Below, in pieces: positions 34,971-45,896 of a stretch of DNA of 64,000 bases; the first letter of the stretch is position 1, and each line of letters opens with the position of its first letter. This DNA comes from Epithemia pelagica (lineage: Eukaryota; Protista; Bacillariophyta). Both the position numbers and the translations under genes were made by a program. The notes below the pieces were generated by a model that saw only the letters and a program-made list of their open reading frames with translations, had not been told where the DNA came from and did no database searches. The stretch lies in the NCBI GenBank assembly GCA_946965045.2, contig OX337242.1:310001-374000 (forward strand). Reading direction: 5' to 3'.

Positions 34971-35746
34971 GGGACATGCTCGGTCTCTTGTTGTGGGTTG
35001 CTGGTGGTGGGTGTTGGAGGAAAGGGTTGCTAATGAAACGAAAAGACTGTTGTGGGTCAAAGTCTTGGATGCTACAATTCTTTGTGGTTGATTCTTTGTG
35101 AGATCACTGCAGCACCTCCGTTGTGATTGGACACGGCAGTCGTTGGCGTGGGGCGAATTCCAGTGAGATCGTCCCCACCAGCTGCCCCAACTCGCTCCAC
35201 TGTACTTTCCGAGGCACAGTGGCGTCCCCCATAAAACACCTTGGCGATCATCCCCACATCCACAGGATGGTCAAATTATGCCATTCCTCAGTCGTGTGGG
35301 TTGGGAAACGCTAATTCGATCGTACCAAATACAGACTGTCGGGCCGGCTTGGTCCTGATCGGGTGGCATCCGAGCGACGGACGCCGTGACTGAACTCGGC
35401 ACTGTTGCGATGGATACGAATCACAACTGTTCCGCGATTCAAGAGCGATACACAATGGTAGGAGAGCAAGAGGGCCAAACAACGCAGACCCCACAATGGC
35501 ACAACGTTCTCCCTCTCCTCACCCTGAACCTATGCTACCATTATCATCGTCGTCATCATCATCATAGTTTCTTTGAGAAGTACTTTCCATTCGTAGGTGA
35601 CAACACGACATCGGAGACACAACCCGGTCGTCCTGTCCAATTGCAAATTGCGCTTTCATTCTGGTTTTGGCGGCAACACTGCGAGCGACGGTCCGTCCTT
35701 CGATCCGTTCTCGCTGCACCTTTTTCCAAAAATCACTCCTCACACC

Positions 35747-36268
35747 ATGACAGTCGTACAAGCACCACCACCACAAGGTCGTCGTTCGGTACCTCCTTCT
35801 GTGGCTGGTTCCAAGAACAATCCCAAGGTGATTGCGACATGGGCCTCACCCTCTCGAACCGTCGTGTGGGCCCTCAAATTGGCTTTGGTGTTGTTGATTC
35901 TTTTGCTCTTGCCCAAACTGGTTCAGGGCAAGAACAACAACAATAACAAGAACAAGAAGAACTGGAACCACCGTCGTTTGGAATTGCGTGTGTTGCGCAA
36001 CGAGTGTTGGAAAACCACGTGTGGTTCCTGGATTCCCGAAGAACGCCTGAATTGTTTCCTTCCCTGTCTGTCTCAGACTTGTTATTCTGAAGTCTATGCC
36101 GTCGAGCCATTGGAACCGGGCGAATTGGACTATGAACGATTTCAAGATTTTGAAACCTGTCTCCGTCACGATTTGAAACAACGCAATCAAGTCCTCAAAC
36201 AAGAACAACAACAAGCACGACGACAAGAACAACAAGAACGAAAAAGGACCCAGCCAAAGGGGCGGTAG
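35747..36268 (+). CDS. DUF4787-like small Cys-rich protein with signal anchor
   Basis: ECWKTTC...EERLNCFLPCLSQTCYSEVYAVEPLEPGELDYERFQDFETC, preceded by hydrophobic VVWALKLALVLLILLLLP. Confidence 0.8.
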   Translation: MTVVQAPPPQGRRSVPPSVAGSKNNPKVIATWASPSRTVVWALKLALVLLILLLLPKLVQGKNNNNNKNKKNWNHRRLELRVLRNECWKTTCGSWIPEERLNCFLPCLSQTCYSEVYAVEPLEPGELDYERFQDFETCLRHDLKQRNQVLKQEQQQARRQEQQERKRTQPKGR

Positions 36269-36962
36269 AGAAAAGAGTGTTTGGAACACGAGATATGATA
36301 AAGAGACACCGAGAAATCTGGTGAATCGCCGGTCATTGGTCTATCGTATCCACAGTGTTTCCGAGAGAAAAAATCTGTCACAGACATGCACACATTCGTT
36401 GGGAGAGGGTCCATGAGAAACAGTGTGTGTGCAGTGTTGTGGACATTCACAAACACAATGGCTTTTTCTCTCGCTCCTAGAGACTGTTTCATCCAAAGTG
36501 CAAGGGGGTCTTTGTGTGAATTGGTGATATACCACACACGACGCTTCAGAAGAAAGGATTGTAATCACACACTTAAACACACCGTTTCGGGGCGGACCGT
36601 CTGGGGAGACGCTCCACCAAACAACACTGCGGATGGTAGCACTCGAGTGGATCTTCCTGGGGAATCGAATTCCTGCAGAATAAAATGCCGCTAGTAGTTA
36701 AAGAGTCCATGGAACCTACGATGCGACTTGCGCATTCGTCACAAAAAAGTCCTGCTATAGCGAATTCCAAACACACATTCACAAAACGGTTCGTTTCGAG
36801 TCTATCCAACGATCCAGAACAAAGAACATCGGTGAAGAAGCAGAATTGGACAACCAGAACCAAGAATCGAGTTGTGAGCCATTCCATGCAGTATTCGGCA
36901 TGTTGTCGTTCTTGTCTTCGTCGTTGTCGTCGTCAAGAATCCGTCGGTAATACGTTCGTTTC

Positions 36963-37411
36963 TCAATCCAGCTCGCACCAAGGATCCGTATCACTGTCGT
37001 CGTTGTTGTCCTCGTTCATGTGGGATGTCAAGGCGGCATGTCGTTTCCAACGGTCACGACAACTGCGAATGCATCGCTTTGTCTCCCAAAAGACCACAAA
37101 CAGTAACAACAATCCGAGAGTGAACAGGTGGCCGCCCAAAGAATGATGCGTGCCGTTCGATCCGACAATACTTGGTCGCCGGGTGGAGAACTGGAATCTA
37201 CCGCACCATGCACCCATCCTGCATCATTATTGGTCGGAATCCACGCCCATTCCTCAGACGGCGACATGGAGGGTTGTGCGGAAGGAATGTTGGTGGTAGG
37301 CCCGTCGTTGTCGTGCACATACTTATTGGTCTCCTCCCATTGCGAATCACGCGCATCGACACCGATCCGCGTATCTTTGGTGGCCCGAAGGGTTATCCTT
37401 GTCAACGCAAA
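36963..37411 (-). pseudogene. Decayed paralog of the DNRLRE membrane protein (core domain deleted, frameshifted)
   Basis: ITLRATKDTRIGVDARDSQWEETN aligns with IELTASKDTMIGIDTANPNESETN. It is followed by a short PTTNIPSAQPSMSPS stalk and, in another frame, a TM segment LFTLGLLLLFVVFW with an acidic tail. Confidence 0.55.
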
Positions 37412-37649
37412 CTAGGATCAATAAAATGCCTGAACCATGTTTTTGAAAAAATAATGTTGCTTGATTGCTTCCGTCCGCAAAAGGACTTTTCTTTCGCGAA
37501 TGGACAGCAGAAACTGTCGCATGAGTTATGGTACGCGACTGAGCGAGCGCGACTGGGGAACGAGACTCTCGAAAGTGGCGACAAGACTACCTAGTTAGGT
37601 ATCCCGGCATCCCCAAGTCCTGTTACGGTGGTTGTCGTTGTGGAAACTC

Positions 37650-40010
37650 TTAGAGTGGTTCTCGATCCTTGAGCAAAGTTGGCATGTTCATATCCTTCAT
37701 GACGGTATCCAAATACTGTCTTGTCCATTGTCCTTGGGCATTGCGAACCGCCAATTTGATAATGTTGTTGGTTGGTGAATCCTTGTCCGTGTCCTTCTGG
37801 TGGCTGTTGTTCGTCGACGCGGTCTCTTTCTCAACGTTCTTGTTGTCCGTAGTATTCGTGCTTGTTTCACAATTGGGGTCATTGGAACCATTTCGATGCA
37901 TCATGACATAAACGGCAAAGAGTGGCTGAGACGGTGCAGAAAGGACTTTCTTTTTCTTGTGGCGTTTTGTGGGACGGGTCGAGTAGGATGAAGTGGTTTC
38001 GTGTGCATGCGTCTCGTTGGAACTGTCTGGATGTTGTTCTTCTTGTGTCGGTGCTCGTGTCGCCTGCTCTTGTTGTTGTTTGCCATGAACATGAACTTGT
38101 TGCACAATGCACAATCCAGCCGATTGCGCCGCGGCCTCGACCCGATCATGATTGAGCCAATTTTCACACACCACAAATCGCCCGTGCGGAACAGCCAACC
38201 ATTGAGCGGCTGTGTGGACATAGGCTTCAATGCCACCTCGAAATTCACATCGTGCCGGAGCCGAAGCCATGGCAGTCGGCATGCCACCCTGACGAATCAC
38301 CGCACGCGTCGTGGCCAACGAAGTCGTTGTACTGGAACACGTTGCTATCGTCCTTTCTGGATCAGTCATTGGTACGGCGGGGCTTTCACGGGTGGGCCTG
38401 TCGTTGCTTGCCGCACTCGAAATGGATTCATGTACAGGATTCTCATGTTTTGGGTCATTTTTCTCGAGTGGTGACACCCGTGCGGGTTCCGGTACAACAG
38501 CTGCTTGTTTGGCACGAATGGTGGTTTGGAATTCGACCCGAAAATAGGGTGGTGTACCAGTAATTAAATCAAATGCTTGGGGATGACCCTCATGATTGAG
38601 GGGATTGTAATTGCGAAAATCAGAATGTACGACTTGGACCCAGCCATTAAGTGTGTCCTTATTGTGATTGTCAATCGAGTACCGCTTGGGTTGGTCGTCC
38701 TGTTCGTTTTCGAGTGGTTCTAAATTAAAGGAAAGCGATCGTTGGGCCAAGGCCACGGCTTGGCTTCGGGCTTCCACCCCAATGGCAGTGTGCAAGGCTA
38801 CGCCTTTTCGCACAAGACTGGACCATACCACCATTTGCAACACACTGGCATTGCCGGTTCCCAAATCCAAATAACAGAGGCGACCATTGTCCTTCTTCTT
38901 GTCTTGTCGGAGGAGCGCTGGAAATTGTTGCGCCGCACACCATGCCGTGACCAAATCGTCGGTCGTCCATCGATGATTTTGTACTTGCTGCAAAATCCGC
39001 CAGGATCCGGTCAAGCGACACAATTCTTCGCCCACACTGGGAATCCAATTATGAATCGGAAGGGCCGGGCGATTGTCGTCCTTGTTGTCCTTCTTGAATT
39101 GTTTCTTCTTGTTGTTGTTGCTGTTGGTATCCATCTCATCTACTTTGTCGGCCAAGTCATGTTGTTCTTGTTCCTGTCGTATCGTTTGTAGGACATGAGG
39201 TGTCAGATCGACATGATGGCCTTGCGCATCGGCTTGTTCCAACACTAATTTTATCCACGGTTGGTTGCCTTTTGTTTCTTGTTGCAAGGCCCAGGGCAAG
39301 GGTCCACAGGGACTATAGTCGGAGGGGAGACAGGCTCGTGTAATGCGGCCGGGACGATGAGACAAGGGCCGTGCTTTCATCCATCCACGACCCTGACATA
39401 CGCGACAAGGAGTGGATGTAGGAGTGGTTGTTGTTGAGGTACTGCTGGCTGTAGGAGTGGGTGCGTTGTTCGGAGGGCATTCGGTGTTCTGTCTCATGGT
39501 GTCGTCAGTGAGTGGTTGCTTCTTGCGTTTCTGTTTGGACGACAAAGGTTTGCTTTCCACACGACCCGATCCCTGACATTTCCAGCAGATCGGACCTCGT
39601 TCGGCCGTAGGCTCTTGGAGATTAGCTTCGCCGCTTTTTCCCTCGTACGTTTCCTCAATGAATTCTCCATCGTCTGATGCTGCTTTCAGATTGTTTTGAT
39701 GTGCTGCTGTTTTCGGTCTCATCCTTGTCGAACTTGAGGTTTGTGGAAACGGTTCCACAGAACTGGACTGGTTCCATACAGAACTCCATCCAGGAGCATC
39801 CGCCTCCAAACTAGGATTCGACATACTGCATTCGGCCAGGCCACTCCTGAAATTGGATACATCCTTGTCCCGTTTCGAAGCGCCATCATCACTCCCTCCA
39901 TGTACTATTTCTATTGCCTTTGCAGTTTCCGACTGAATCCTGGACGACGGCGAGGTGGATACAGGGAACAAGTATCGGTGCCGAAGGACGGTGGTCGGTT
40001 CCTCCTCCAT
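37650..40010 (-). CDS. SAM-dependent methyltransferase (TrmN6/MTS-like) with two CxxCxGxG motifs
   Basis: Motif I YLDLGTGNASV, motif IV FDLITGTPPYF, ARCEFRGGIEAY, HRWTTDDLVTAW. CWKCQGSG and CRVCQGRG near the N-terminus. Confidence 0.85.
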   Translation of the reverse strand: MEEEPTTVLRHRYLFPVSTSPSSRIQSETAKAIEIVHGGSDDGASKRDKDVSNFRSGLAECSMSNPSLEADAPGWSSVWNQSSSVEPFPQTSSSTRMRPKTAAHQNNLKAASDDGEFIEETYEGKSGEANLQEPTAERGPICWKCQGSGRVESKPLSSKQKRKKQPLTDDTMRQNTECPPNNAPTPTASSTSTTTTPTSTPCRVCQGRGWMKARPLSHRPGRITRACLPSDYSPCGPLPWALQQETKGNQPWIKLVLEQADAQGHHVDLTPHVLQTIRQEQEQHDLADKVDEMDTNSNNNKKKQFKKDNKDDNRPALPIHNWIPSVGEELCRLTGSWRILQQVQNHRWTTDDLVTAWCAAQQFPALLRQDKKKDNGRLCYLDLGTGNASVLQMVVWSSLVRKGVALHTAIGVEARSQAVALAQRSLSFNLEPLENEQDDQPKRYSIDNHNKDTLNGWVQVVHSDFRNYNPLNHEGHPQAFDLITGTPPYFRVEFQTTIRAKQAAVVPEPARVSPLEKNDPKHENPVHESISSAASNDRPTRESPAVPMTDPERTIATCSSTTTSLATTRAVIRQGGMPTAMASAPARCEFRGGIEAYVHTAAQWLAVPHGRFVVCENWLNHDRVEAAAQSAGLCIVQQVHVHGKQQQEQATRAPTQEEQHPDSSNETHAHETTSSYSTRPTKRHKKKKVLSAPSQPLFAVYVMMHRNGSNDPNCETSTNTTDNKNVEKETASTNNSHQKDTDKDSPTNNIIKLAVRNAQGQWTRQYLDTVMKDMNMPTLLKDREPL

Positions 40011-40585
40011 GATGGTGCTTTGGGATATAGCAGTACAACACTCCTATTGGTCTTTAAAAACAAACGTTTTTGTGTTTGTGTGTCGTGATTTCAATCAAGA
40101 CTTGTCGTCGTTGTCGTCGTCGACTTATTGTTGATCCCTCTCTTTCCAACCGAGGATTCTCCTGTCGTCGTTCTTCGTTCGGTTCTCTGGTCATGGTCTG
40201 TGCTGCATCTCATCGGTCCAGAAATTGCTAATGTGAACCGCGATGGAGCTGTTAGGTAGGTAGTGGGTACTCCTAGCCCTTTCTCACTGCAATGACCCAC
40301 TGGCGAATTCCAGACTCCCCTGAGTCGCTTTTGAAGTGGATCCTATCAGCGGTCGCGGAAACCGCGGAAGCTTGGAACATCTTCGATGCAATCGTGCGTG
40401 CCGCATCGGTACTGAAATGGCCTATACACCGAGATTCATGGGGACTCGTGCCAAACTGGCAACAACGATCTTTCATCGAGTGTATATCTTTCTTTCACGC
40501 ATGCGTTGTTCATTCCTCTCATTGTTTGAGGAACGGCCAAAGCAGCAGTGAGGAGCTCAATCAAACAAACAGACGACGAATCATC

Positions 40586-41776
40586 ATGAAGGTTTCTTCC
40601 CCCTCTCTTGTTTGGACCAGCCTTGCGGTGGTGGTGGTGGGTTTGTCATCGACTGCCAGGGCAGCGACCACCTCGAACTATAATGACGATGATGATGCTT
40701 GGAAGGTGGTGGGTCACAAACAAGCGGGGTATGCCTGCAATGCGACTGGTGTCACGGAACAGTGTGGTGACCTGGTGTGTGGGGGAGGTGTCAAAATGTG
40801 TTTGCAGGCGACACCGGTGACGGCAACCGCCACACCAGCCAAGACACACCACCAAGCATTGGCCGCCCTGGTCGCCACCGAGCTCCAAGGACAAGTCCAG
40901 CAACTCTTGGTTCCCCAAGACCCGCAAGACTCGTTCTGGTTGCCCTCGGAAGAAAGCATGGAGGAATGGCATGATATGGAACAAACCATGAAGTTGGCCA
41001 CAGACAATAGTTTGGTCGAGCCCTTTGACAAGATGGAACGGACAATGGTCTTTGGAGGAGGTGCCAAGATGGAATTCTGCTGCAAGGTTTCGTATGGTAT
41101 GAAGAATGGAACCTTTTACAAAATGGCTCATTGTTCCTTCAAGGGTGAGAAAAAGGGTGCGGTAAAGCCAGAGGATGGACCCGAAGAACAAGCCGGTGGT
41201 ACGACCCACAAGCAGTTGCGATCCCCCGAACCCCTCGTCATGGTCGACCCGGTTCCTCCTCACCATTACAAGAAGTATCCGGCGTGGAAGGTGGTGGCGC
41301 ACAAACATGCCGGGTATTCCTGCAATGGAACAGGTGTCACGGAACAATGGGGTGATTTGGTGTGTGCGGGTGGCCTGCAAATGTGTTTGCATGCCACCCC
41401 GGCCGTGCCTCCTCCACACGTGGCCGATATGGTGGCGATGCAACTTCAAGGACAAGTGGTACAACTCTTTGGCCAAGACCACAATTATCTCTTGCCCCAC
41501 CAGGACACGATGCAAGAATGGAAGCACATGGAACAAGAGGCAAAAGCGCTTGAGGCAAACCAAGGAGTAGTGCCGCAGGATGATTTTGACCGTACCATTG
41601 TCTTTGGAGGAGGAGCCAAGGTACAAGTTCACTGCAAGGTCTCGTATGGGTTTGACAAGAAAGACAAGAAATTTGACAAAACGATTGGTTGTGAACTCAA
41701 GGGAGAGAAAAAGGCCAGTGTCAAACCCGATCCCAGCCATTTTGACTGGAACAATATTCCTTCCTATTCTTATTAG
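40586..41776 (+). CDS. Secreted protein made of two tandem copies of an unrecognised ~150-aa Cys-containing domain
   Basis: Signal peptide MKVSSPSLVWTSLAVVVVGLSSTARA. Repeats at ~40697-41169 and ~41282-41731 (AWKVVxHKxAGYxCNxTGVTEQxGDLVCxGG...VFGGGAK...CKVSYG...CxxKGEKK). Confidence 0.88.
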   Translation: MKVSSPSLVWTSLAVVVVGLSSTARAATTSNYNDDDDAWKVVGHKQAGYACNATGVTEQCGDLVCGGGVKMCLQATPVTATATPAKTHHQALAALVATELQGQVQQLLVPQDPQDSFWLPSEESMEEWHDMEQTMKLATDNSLVEPFDKMERTMVFGGGAKMEFCCKVSYGMKNGTFYKMAHCSFKGEKKGAVKPEDGPEEQAGGTTHKQLRSPEPLVMVDPVPPHHYKKYPAWKVVAHKHAGYSCNGTGVTEQWGDLVCAGGLQMCLHATPAVPPPHVADMVAMQLQGQVVQLFGQDHNYLLPHQDTMQEWKHMEQEAKALEANQGVVPQDDFDRTIVFGGGAKVQVHCKVSYGFDKKDKKFDKTIGCELKGEKKASVKPDPSHFDWNNIPSYSY

Positions 41777-42215
41777 GTAGGACGACGAACCAAGAAGAAT
41801 ACGACCACTGAACTCAAAACAAGTCTCCCAAAGAGGAATGGTTCAACATGAGATTATTACATATGATTAGATACGTTATGATTCGTTAGCTTCCCCTACT
41901 TTATCGAAATACAAATGCCAGTGAAGTGCAGATGTCTTTGCGAATCTAGACGTACGACAGGTAGTAGTTCTTCTATTGGGTGTTGGTGTTACTAGAATAC
42001 AGAGTTTCTTTTATCCATCGGTCCCCATTTGGTACAGGTCGCCGTTTTGTTGTTCCACCCAAGTGGTTTTCTCCTTCCTCAGGGAAAGCGTCCCCACGAC
42101 ACTCTCCACAGTGGTATATATTATGTCAGTGTGCATCGTTTCGGCCGCCCGTTGGATTCATGTTCCACAAAAATGATCCATACAACAGTGCGTCGTCATC
42201 GTAGTAGTAGTACTA

Positions 42216-42932
42216 CTAGGAGTAGTACTGTTTCCACCATCCATAACTGGAGGATGATTCGACCGTCCATTCGTCATCGTCGCCTTGGAGGAGGACTGGC
42301 AAGGTGGTGGGAGTGGATCGCTGTTTGCTAAAATGAGCCGCCAAGGTCATCTTTGTGTTGTTGGTGCTGCTGCTGGTGCCAGTACTCGAACTTGGTTGCA
42401 GTGTTTTGGGATCATAAACATCGCCCAAGGTGGTTTCCAACACTGGATAGGACTCGTGTCGTCGTGGTCGTTGTGGTGTGGATCGTCCCGAACGGTGGTA
42501 CTGGTGGTGGTCACTGGTGTAGCAAACATCTGCCGTTCGTACCCGACGACCTGTCGTCAGGTTGAATTTGACGGCCGTACCGGAGGAAGACGAGGCTGGT
42601 GATGCTTTGGAACCGCATCTTTCCGTAGCCTCCACCAATTCGTGATTGAGTAGAATGAGTTCAAAGGCATCGCCTCGGCTCAACACTGCCACTTCTCGCC
42701 CAAACCATTGGTGGTGATGCTTCTTGTTGTCGTCGTCGTCGTCGCTGTTGGACACGTCGTGTTGTCGTTGCGGTTTTGCTGCGGCATGTGGTTTCGGTTC
42801 GTAGTAGTAAAGTGATGGTTGCTTGTCTTGGTTTGGCAGGGCCACACGAGGGTGGTTCTTTGGTTTGGCCCTGGTGGGCAAATGATGGGGATACATGGAA
42901 GATTTACTGGCCGTGGACCATGGCATGGTCAT
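42216..42932 (-). CDS. Cluster family A protein 1 (disordered, VAVLSRGDAFELI motif)
   Basis: Open frame from ATG 42932. Motif GREVAVLSRGDAFELILLN plus YPVLETTLGDVY. Confidence 0.7.
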   Translation of the reverse strand: MTMPWSTASKSSMYPHHLPTRAKPKNHPRVALPNQDKQPSLYYYEPKPHAAAKPQRQHDVSNSDDDDDNKKHHHQWFGREVAVLSRGDAFELILLNHELVEATERCGSKASPASSSSGTAVKFNLTTGRRVRTADVCYTSDHHQYHRSGRSTPQRPRRHESYPVLETTLGDVYDPKTLQPSSSTGTSSSTNNTKMTLAAHFSKQRSTPTTLPVLLQGDDDEWTVESSSSYGWWKQYYS

Positions 42933-43062
42933 GGATTCGAACCGATCCAACAAACAAACGTGAAACCACTGCGGCAAGGAGGATGAAGTGGATTGACGAC
43001 TGCAAGAAATTGGAATTTGGAGATGAATCGTCGTGTCCAATCATCATGCTCATTCCTGGTAT

Positions 43063-43227
43063 CATCCGTTGGACTGTGCTGTACCGTGACTGTTGAGGTT
43101 CTCTATACTCTCAACGTTCCCCTTCAACGGTTCCACTCACGTGCATAGACTCAAAGTTCTTTTGGTACTAGGTAGCATGCTCATGGTGTTCACCACACGG
43201 CGGTGCGCCGCCAACCTCCAACGGATG
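43063..43227. promoter_or_regulatory. MSA-like boxes in the divergent promoter of A1/A2
   Basis: catccgttgga at 43063, ttcaacggtt at 43123, tccaacggatg at 43217. Confidence 0.6.
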
Positions 43228-43638
43228 CGAGGCACATGGTCGAGGCGTGTACTTGTGTGACAGCGCGACGAGACTTGTTGGCATCAAGTTTAGTCGCCCT
43301 TAGATCACTCTCTCATAGGGTCATCAGCGTTTTGGAGTCGCGCATTATTGCAATGGTGTGCGCGGTGGATTCCAAAATTTGGATTCTTGCAACTGCTCCC
43401 AATCGAAAAAAACCTCCAGACGTTGAGCCCATCATCGTCGTCTCCAACCGTTTGGACGACTGCTGTAGACTTAACAAAAGCAACAACAACCACAAAGGTG
43501 TGGATTCGTGGCACGGTCACATCGCGTTAAGCCCTCGGAGAAGCTATTGTGTCCTTCTGGACGGTTCCACCTCGATATTGATTGCATCGGATTGTTGGTG
43601 GTTGAGGAGACGACAAGTACCTCAGTGTCATCGACACC

Positions 43639-45282
43639 ATGGTCCGTCGGGACGACGAAAGTGACCATGCCTTGTATGTAGCACAGTCGTTTCATCATCA
43701 TCATCATCATCGTCATGAGAATGAAACTGTAACAACCCACAGGAGCAGCAGCAACAAGAAAACGACAACAACACGAAAAAAGAAGAAGAAACAGGCTCCC
43801 TCTCCCAAGCAAATGGGAAGCATTGTCATTCTTCGTCAAGGGGAAGCCTTTGAACTCGTCAAAATGTACCCCACCACTCCTCCGACGACCAATTCGAGCG
43901 GTCCAACATCAACAACAAAAACCACCAAAACCACACGACGTCCTTCCAGTCCATCTCCAAGCAATAGGCAAGGTCCACAACGATCATCATCACCAAAGGA
44001 ACAAACTCGTCGTCCCGAAACACCCAAGGATATGCTCGACTTGACGGTGACTCCCACAATGGATACACGTGTCGTTCAAAATACCATTCACCCCAAACAC
44101 GACACTTTACTACCACCATCACCATCCCTGTATGCGGCCAACGAGGCGACTAGTTTTGATACCTTTACGTTGGATGTGGACCACATGGATGAGAATGAGG
44201 ACTGGGACATGTCAACTCCCGAAATGTCGTTGGACCGCACCCGAACACCAGACCAAACCACAAGGTCCCCCACAAGCATGCCCCAAACAACACGTTCACG
44301 ATCTCCTCCATTGCCAAGAGCCGCATCTCCTCCTCCTACAACGACTCCTCGACGAGACACGAATGGAATGGAACCCACCATCCGAATGACTTCTCGATCG
44401 GCCATGCAGAAGGAACGCAACAGTCCCAGTCGAACCAACACTCCTCCTCCTACTTCTTCTTCCAACCCCTGCATCTTGCGACGCGATGCCAGTGCCAATA
44501 GTATTTTGGAAACGGCATCGTCGTCTCGACCCGAAACTCCCGTTGCACGACAACCACCACCACAACCACAACGACCTCCCCCACGGTCTCCGACCCCCTC
44601 CATTGAGTGGAACACCAGCACTGCTACTACTCCGACGACTCGTGCGATGGATCCTCCCGACAGTCGTAGTAGTCCAGAGGACGAGACGGTGGCTCCTCAA
44701 CCATCACTCCTCCTCCCCACCCGACGCATTTTCCACACGGTTCAGGCAACCACCATGCCGCCACAGAGGCAGCAGCACCAGCAGCCACCAACACAACAAC
44801 AACCACAAAAGCAGCAGCAAAAGCAGCAACCACAAAAGGAGCAACAAGAACGCGGCACTGTACCAACCACCACCACTCGTCGAGTTTCGATTCAAGACAT
44901 GGATACCAAAGTAACGCAAATTGCGACGCAGCAACAGAAAGAACACGAACACAACGAGACAGACGATGATGACGACGATGATGATGAGGATGAAAGTGAG
45001 GCCTATGATCACTTTGATCAGGGCACGCTCGGTACGGGACCCTCGGACGACGACGATGGCGATGATTCCCTCATTACCTTTATTCAGCTCGACGAAGACG
45101 AAGATGATTCCTTGGTCCCCACGATTGGTGGAAACGGCGACGACGACAAGACGATTATTCCCATTTTAAAATGTGGAGCAAGTTGTGGTGCCACCTACGA
45201 ACTGATTGGTCTGAATGAAGACACGTACGAACTGTCCTGTGGACGTGGATGGATCAAACGATCTCGAGGATGGGGCACCTAA
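43639..45282 (+). CDS. Cluster family A protein 2 (Pro/Ser/Thr-rich disordered, terminal motifs)
   Basis: 547-aa ORF. N-terminal motif GSIVILRQGEAFELVKM; C-terminal motif IIPILKCGASCGATYELIGLNEDTYELSCGRGW. Confidence 0.85.
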   Translation: MVRRDDESDHALYVAQSFHHHHHHRHENETVTTHRSSSNKKTTTTRKKKKKQAPSPKQMGSIVILRQGEAFELVKMYPTTPPTTNSSGPTSTTKTTKTTRRPSSPSPSNRQGPQRSSSPKEQTRRPETPKDMLDLTVTPTMDTRVVQNTIHPKHDTLLPPSPSLYAANEATSFDTFTLDVDHMDENEDWDMSTPEMSLDRTRTPDQTTRSPTSMPQTTRSRSPPLPRAASPPPTTTPRRDTNGMEPTIRMTSRSAMQKERNSPSRTNTPPPTSSSNPCILRRDASANSILETASSSRPETPVARQPPPQPQRPPPRSPTPSIEWNTSTATTPTTRAMDPPDSRSSPEDETVAPQPSLLLPTRRIFHTVQATTMPPQRQQHQQPPTQQQPQKQQQKQQPQKEQQERGTVPTTTTRRVSIQDMDTKVTQIATQQQKEHEHNETDDDDDDDDEDESEAYDHFDQGTLGTGPSDDDDGDDSLITFIQLDEDEDDSLVPTIGGNGDDDKTIIPILKCGASCGATYELIGLNEDTYELSCGRGWIKRSRGWGT

Positions 45283-45451
45283 GAAAGAATGAATGAATAA
45301 ATGAGGCTACCCGATACCCAAGAACCGACATTCAATGTATATGATGATTCTAAGATAAGCGTTTGAAACAGCAGTGTTCTGTTTGCCCCAACAAGAATGG
45401 ATCCTCGTCGTCCTCTAGGGTCTCTACTCTAGGAGCATAACTGCAAAAGAC

Positions 45452-45649
45452 CCGTTGCTGCGGTTTCTGGGGTTCTGGTCGTCCAGTCGCTTAGCGACTG
45501 AAGCATTGCGTGCTGCGCGTGACGGACAAGTTCCCATAGATTTATGGTGACTTTCGCCGTATCCGTTGGACAGGACGCGATCGCAAAAAGGCAACGTTTC
45601 AACGGATCCATGGCCATAAATATTACTATAGCCGAGGATGTCAACGGAC
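45452..45649. promoter_or_regulatory. Four MSA-like boxes upstream of A3
   Basis: CCGTTG at 45452 and 45563; CAACGG at 45600 and 45642. Confidence 0.6.
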
Positions 45650-45896
45650 CAAAACGTTACAAGTTTCCCCATATAGATGAGGCTGGGAACGTTGGAAGAC
45701 AAAAAGTCTAAGAAAAGGACTGGCAACAAGGACAACCCGGCAGAGGAAGACCACAGAGATCGAGAGGTTCTTTATTCGTGGGCTTGAAGGGAGGAAACGA
45801 GGGGCCAATATAACAGATCAACATTTAAAGAACAGGGACCATCAATCAACACTTTTGAAATACGCAGTTGGATCTCTCTCTCTTTGGCACGAGACA

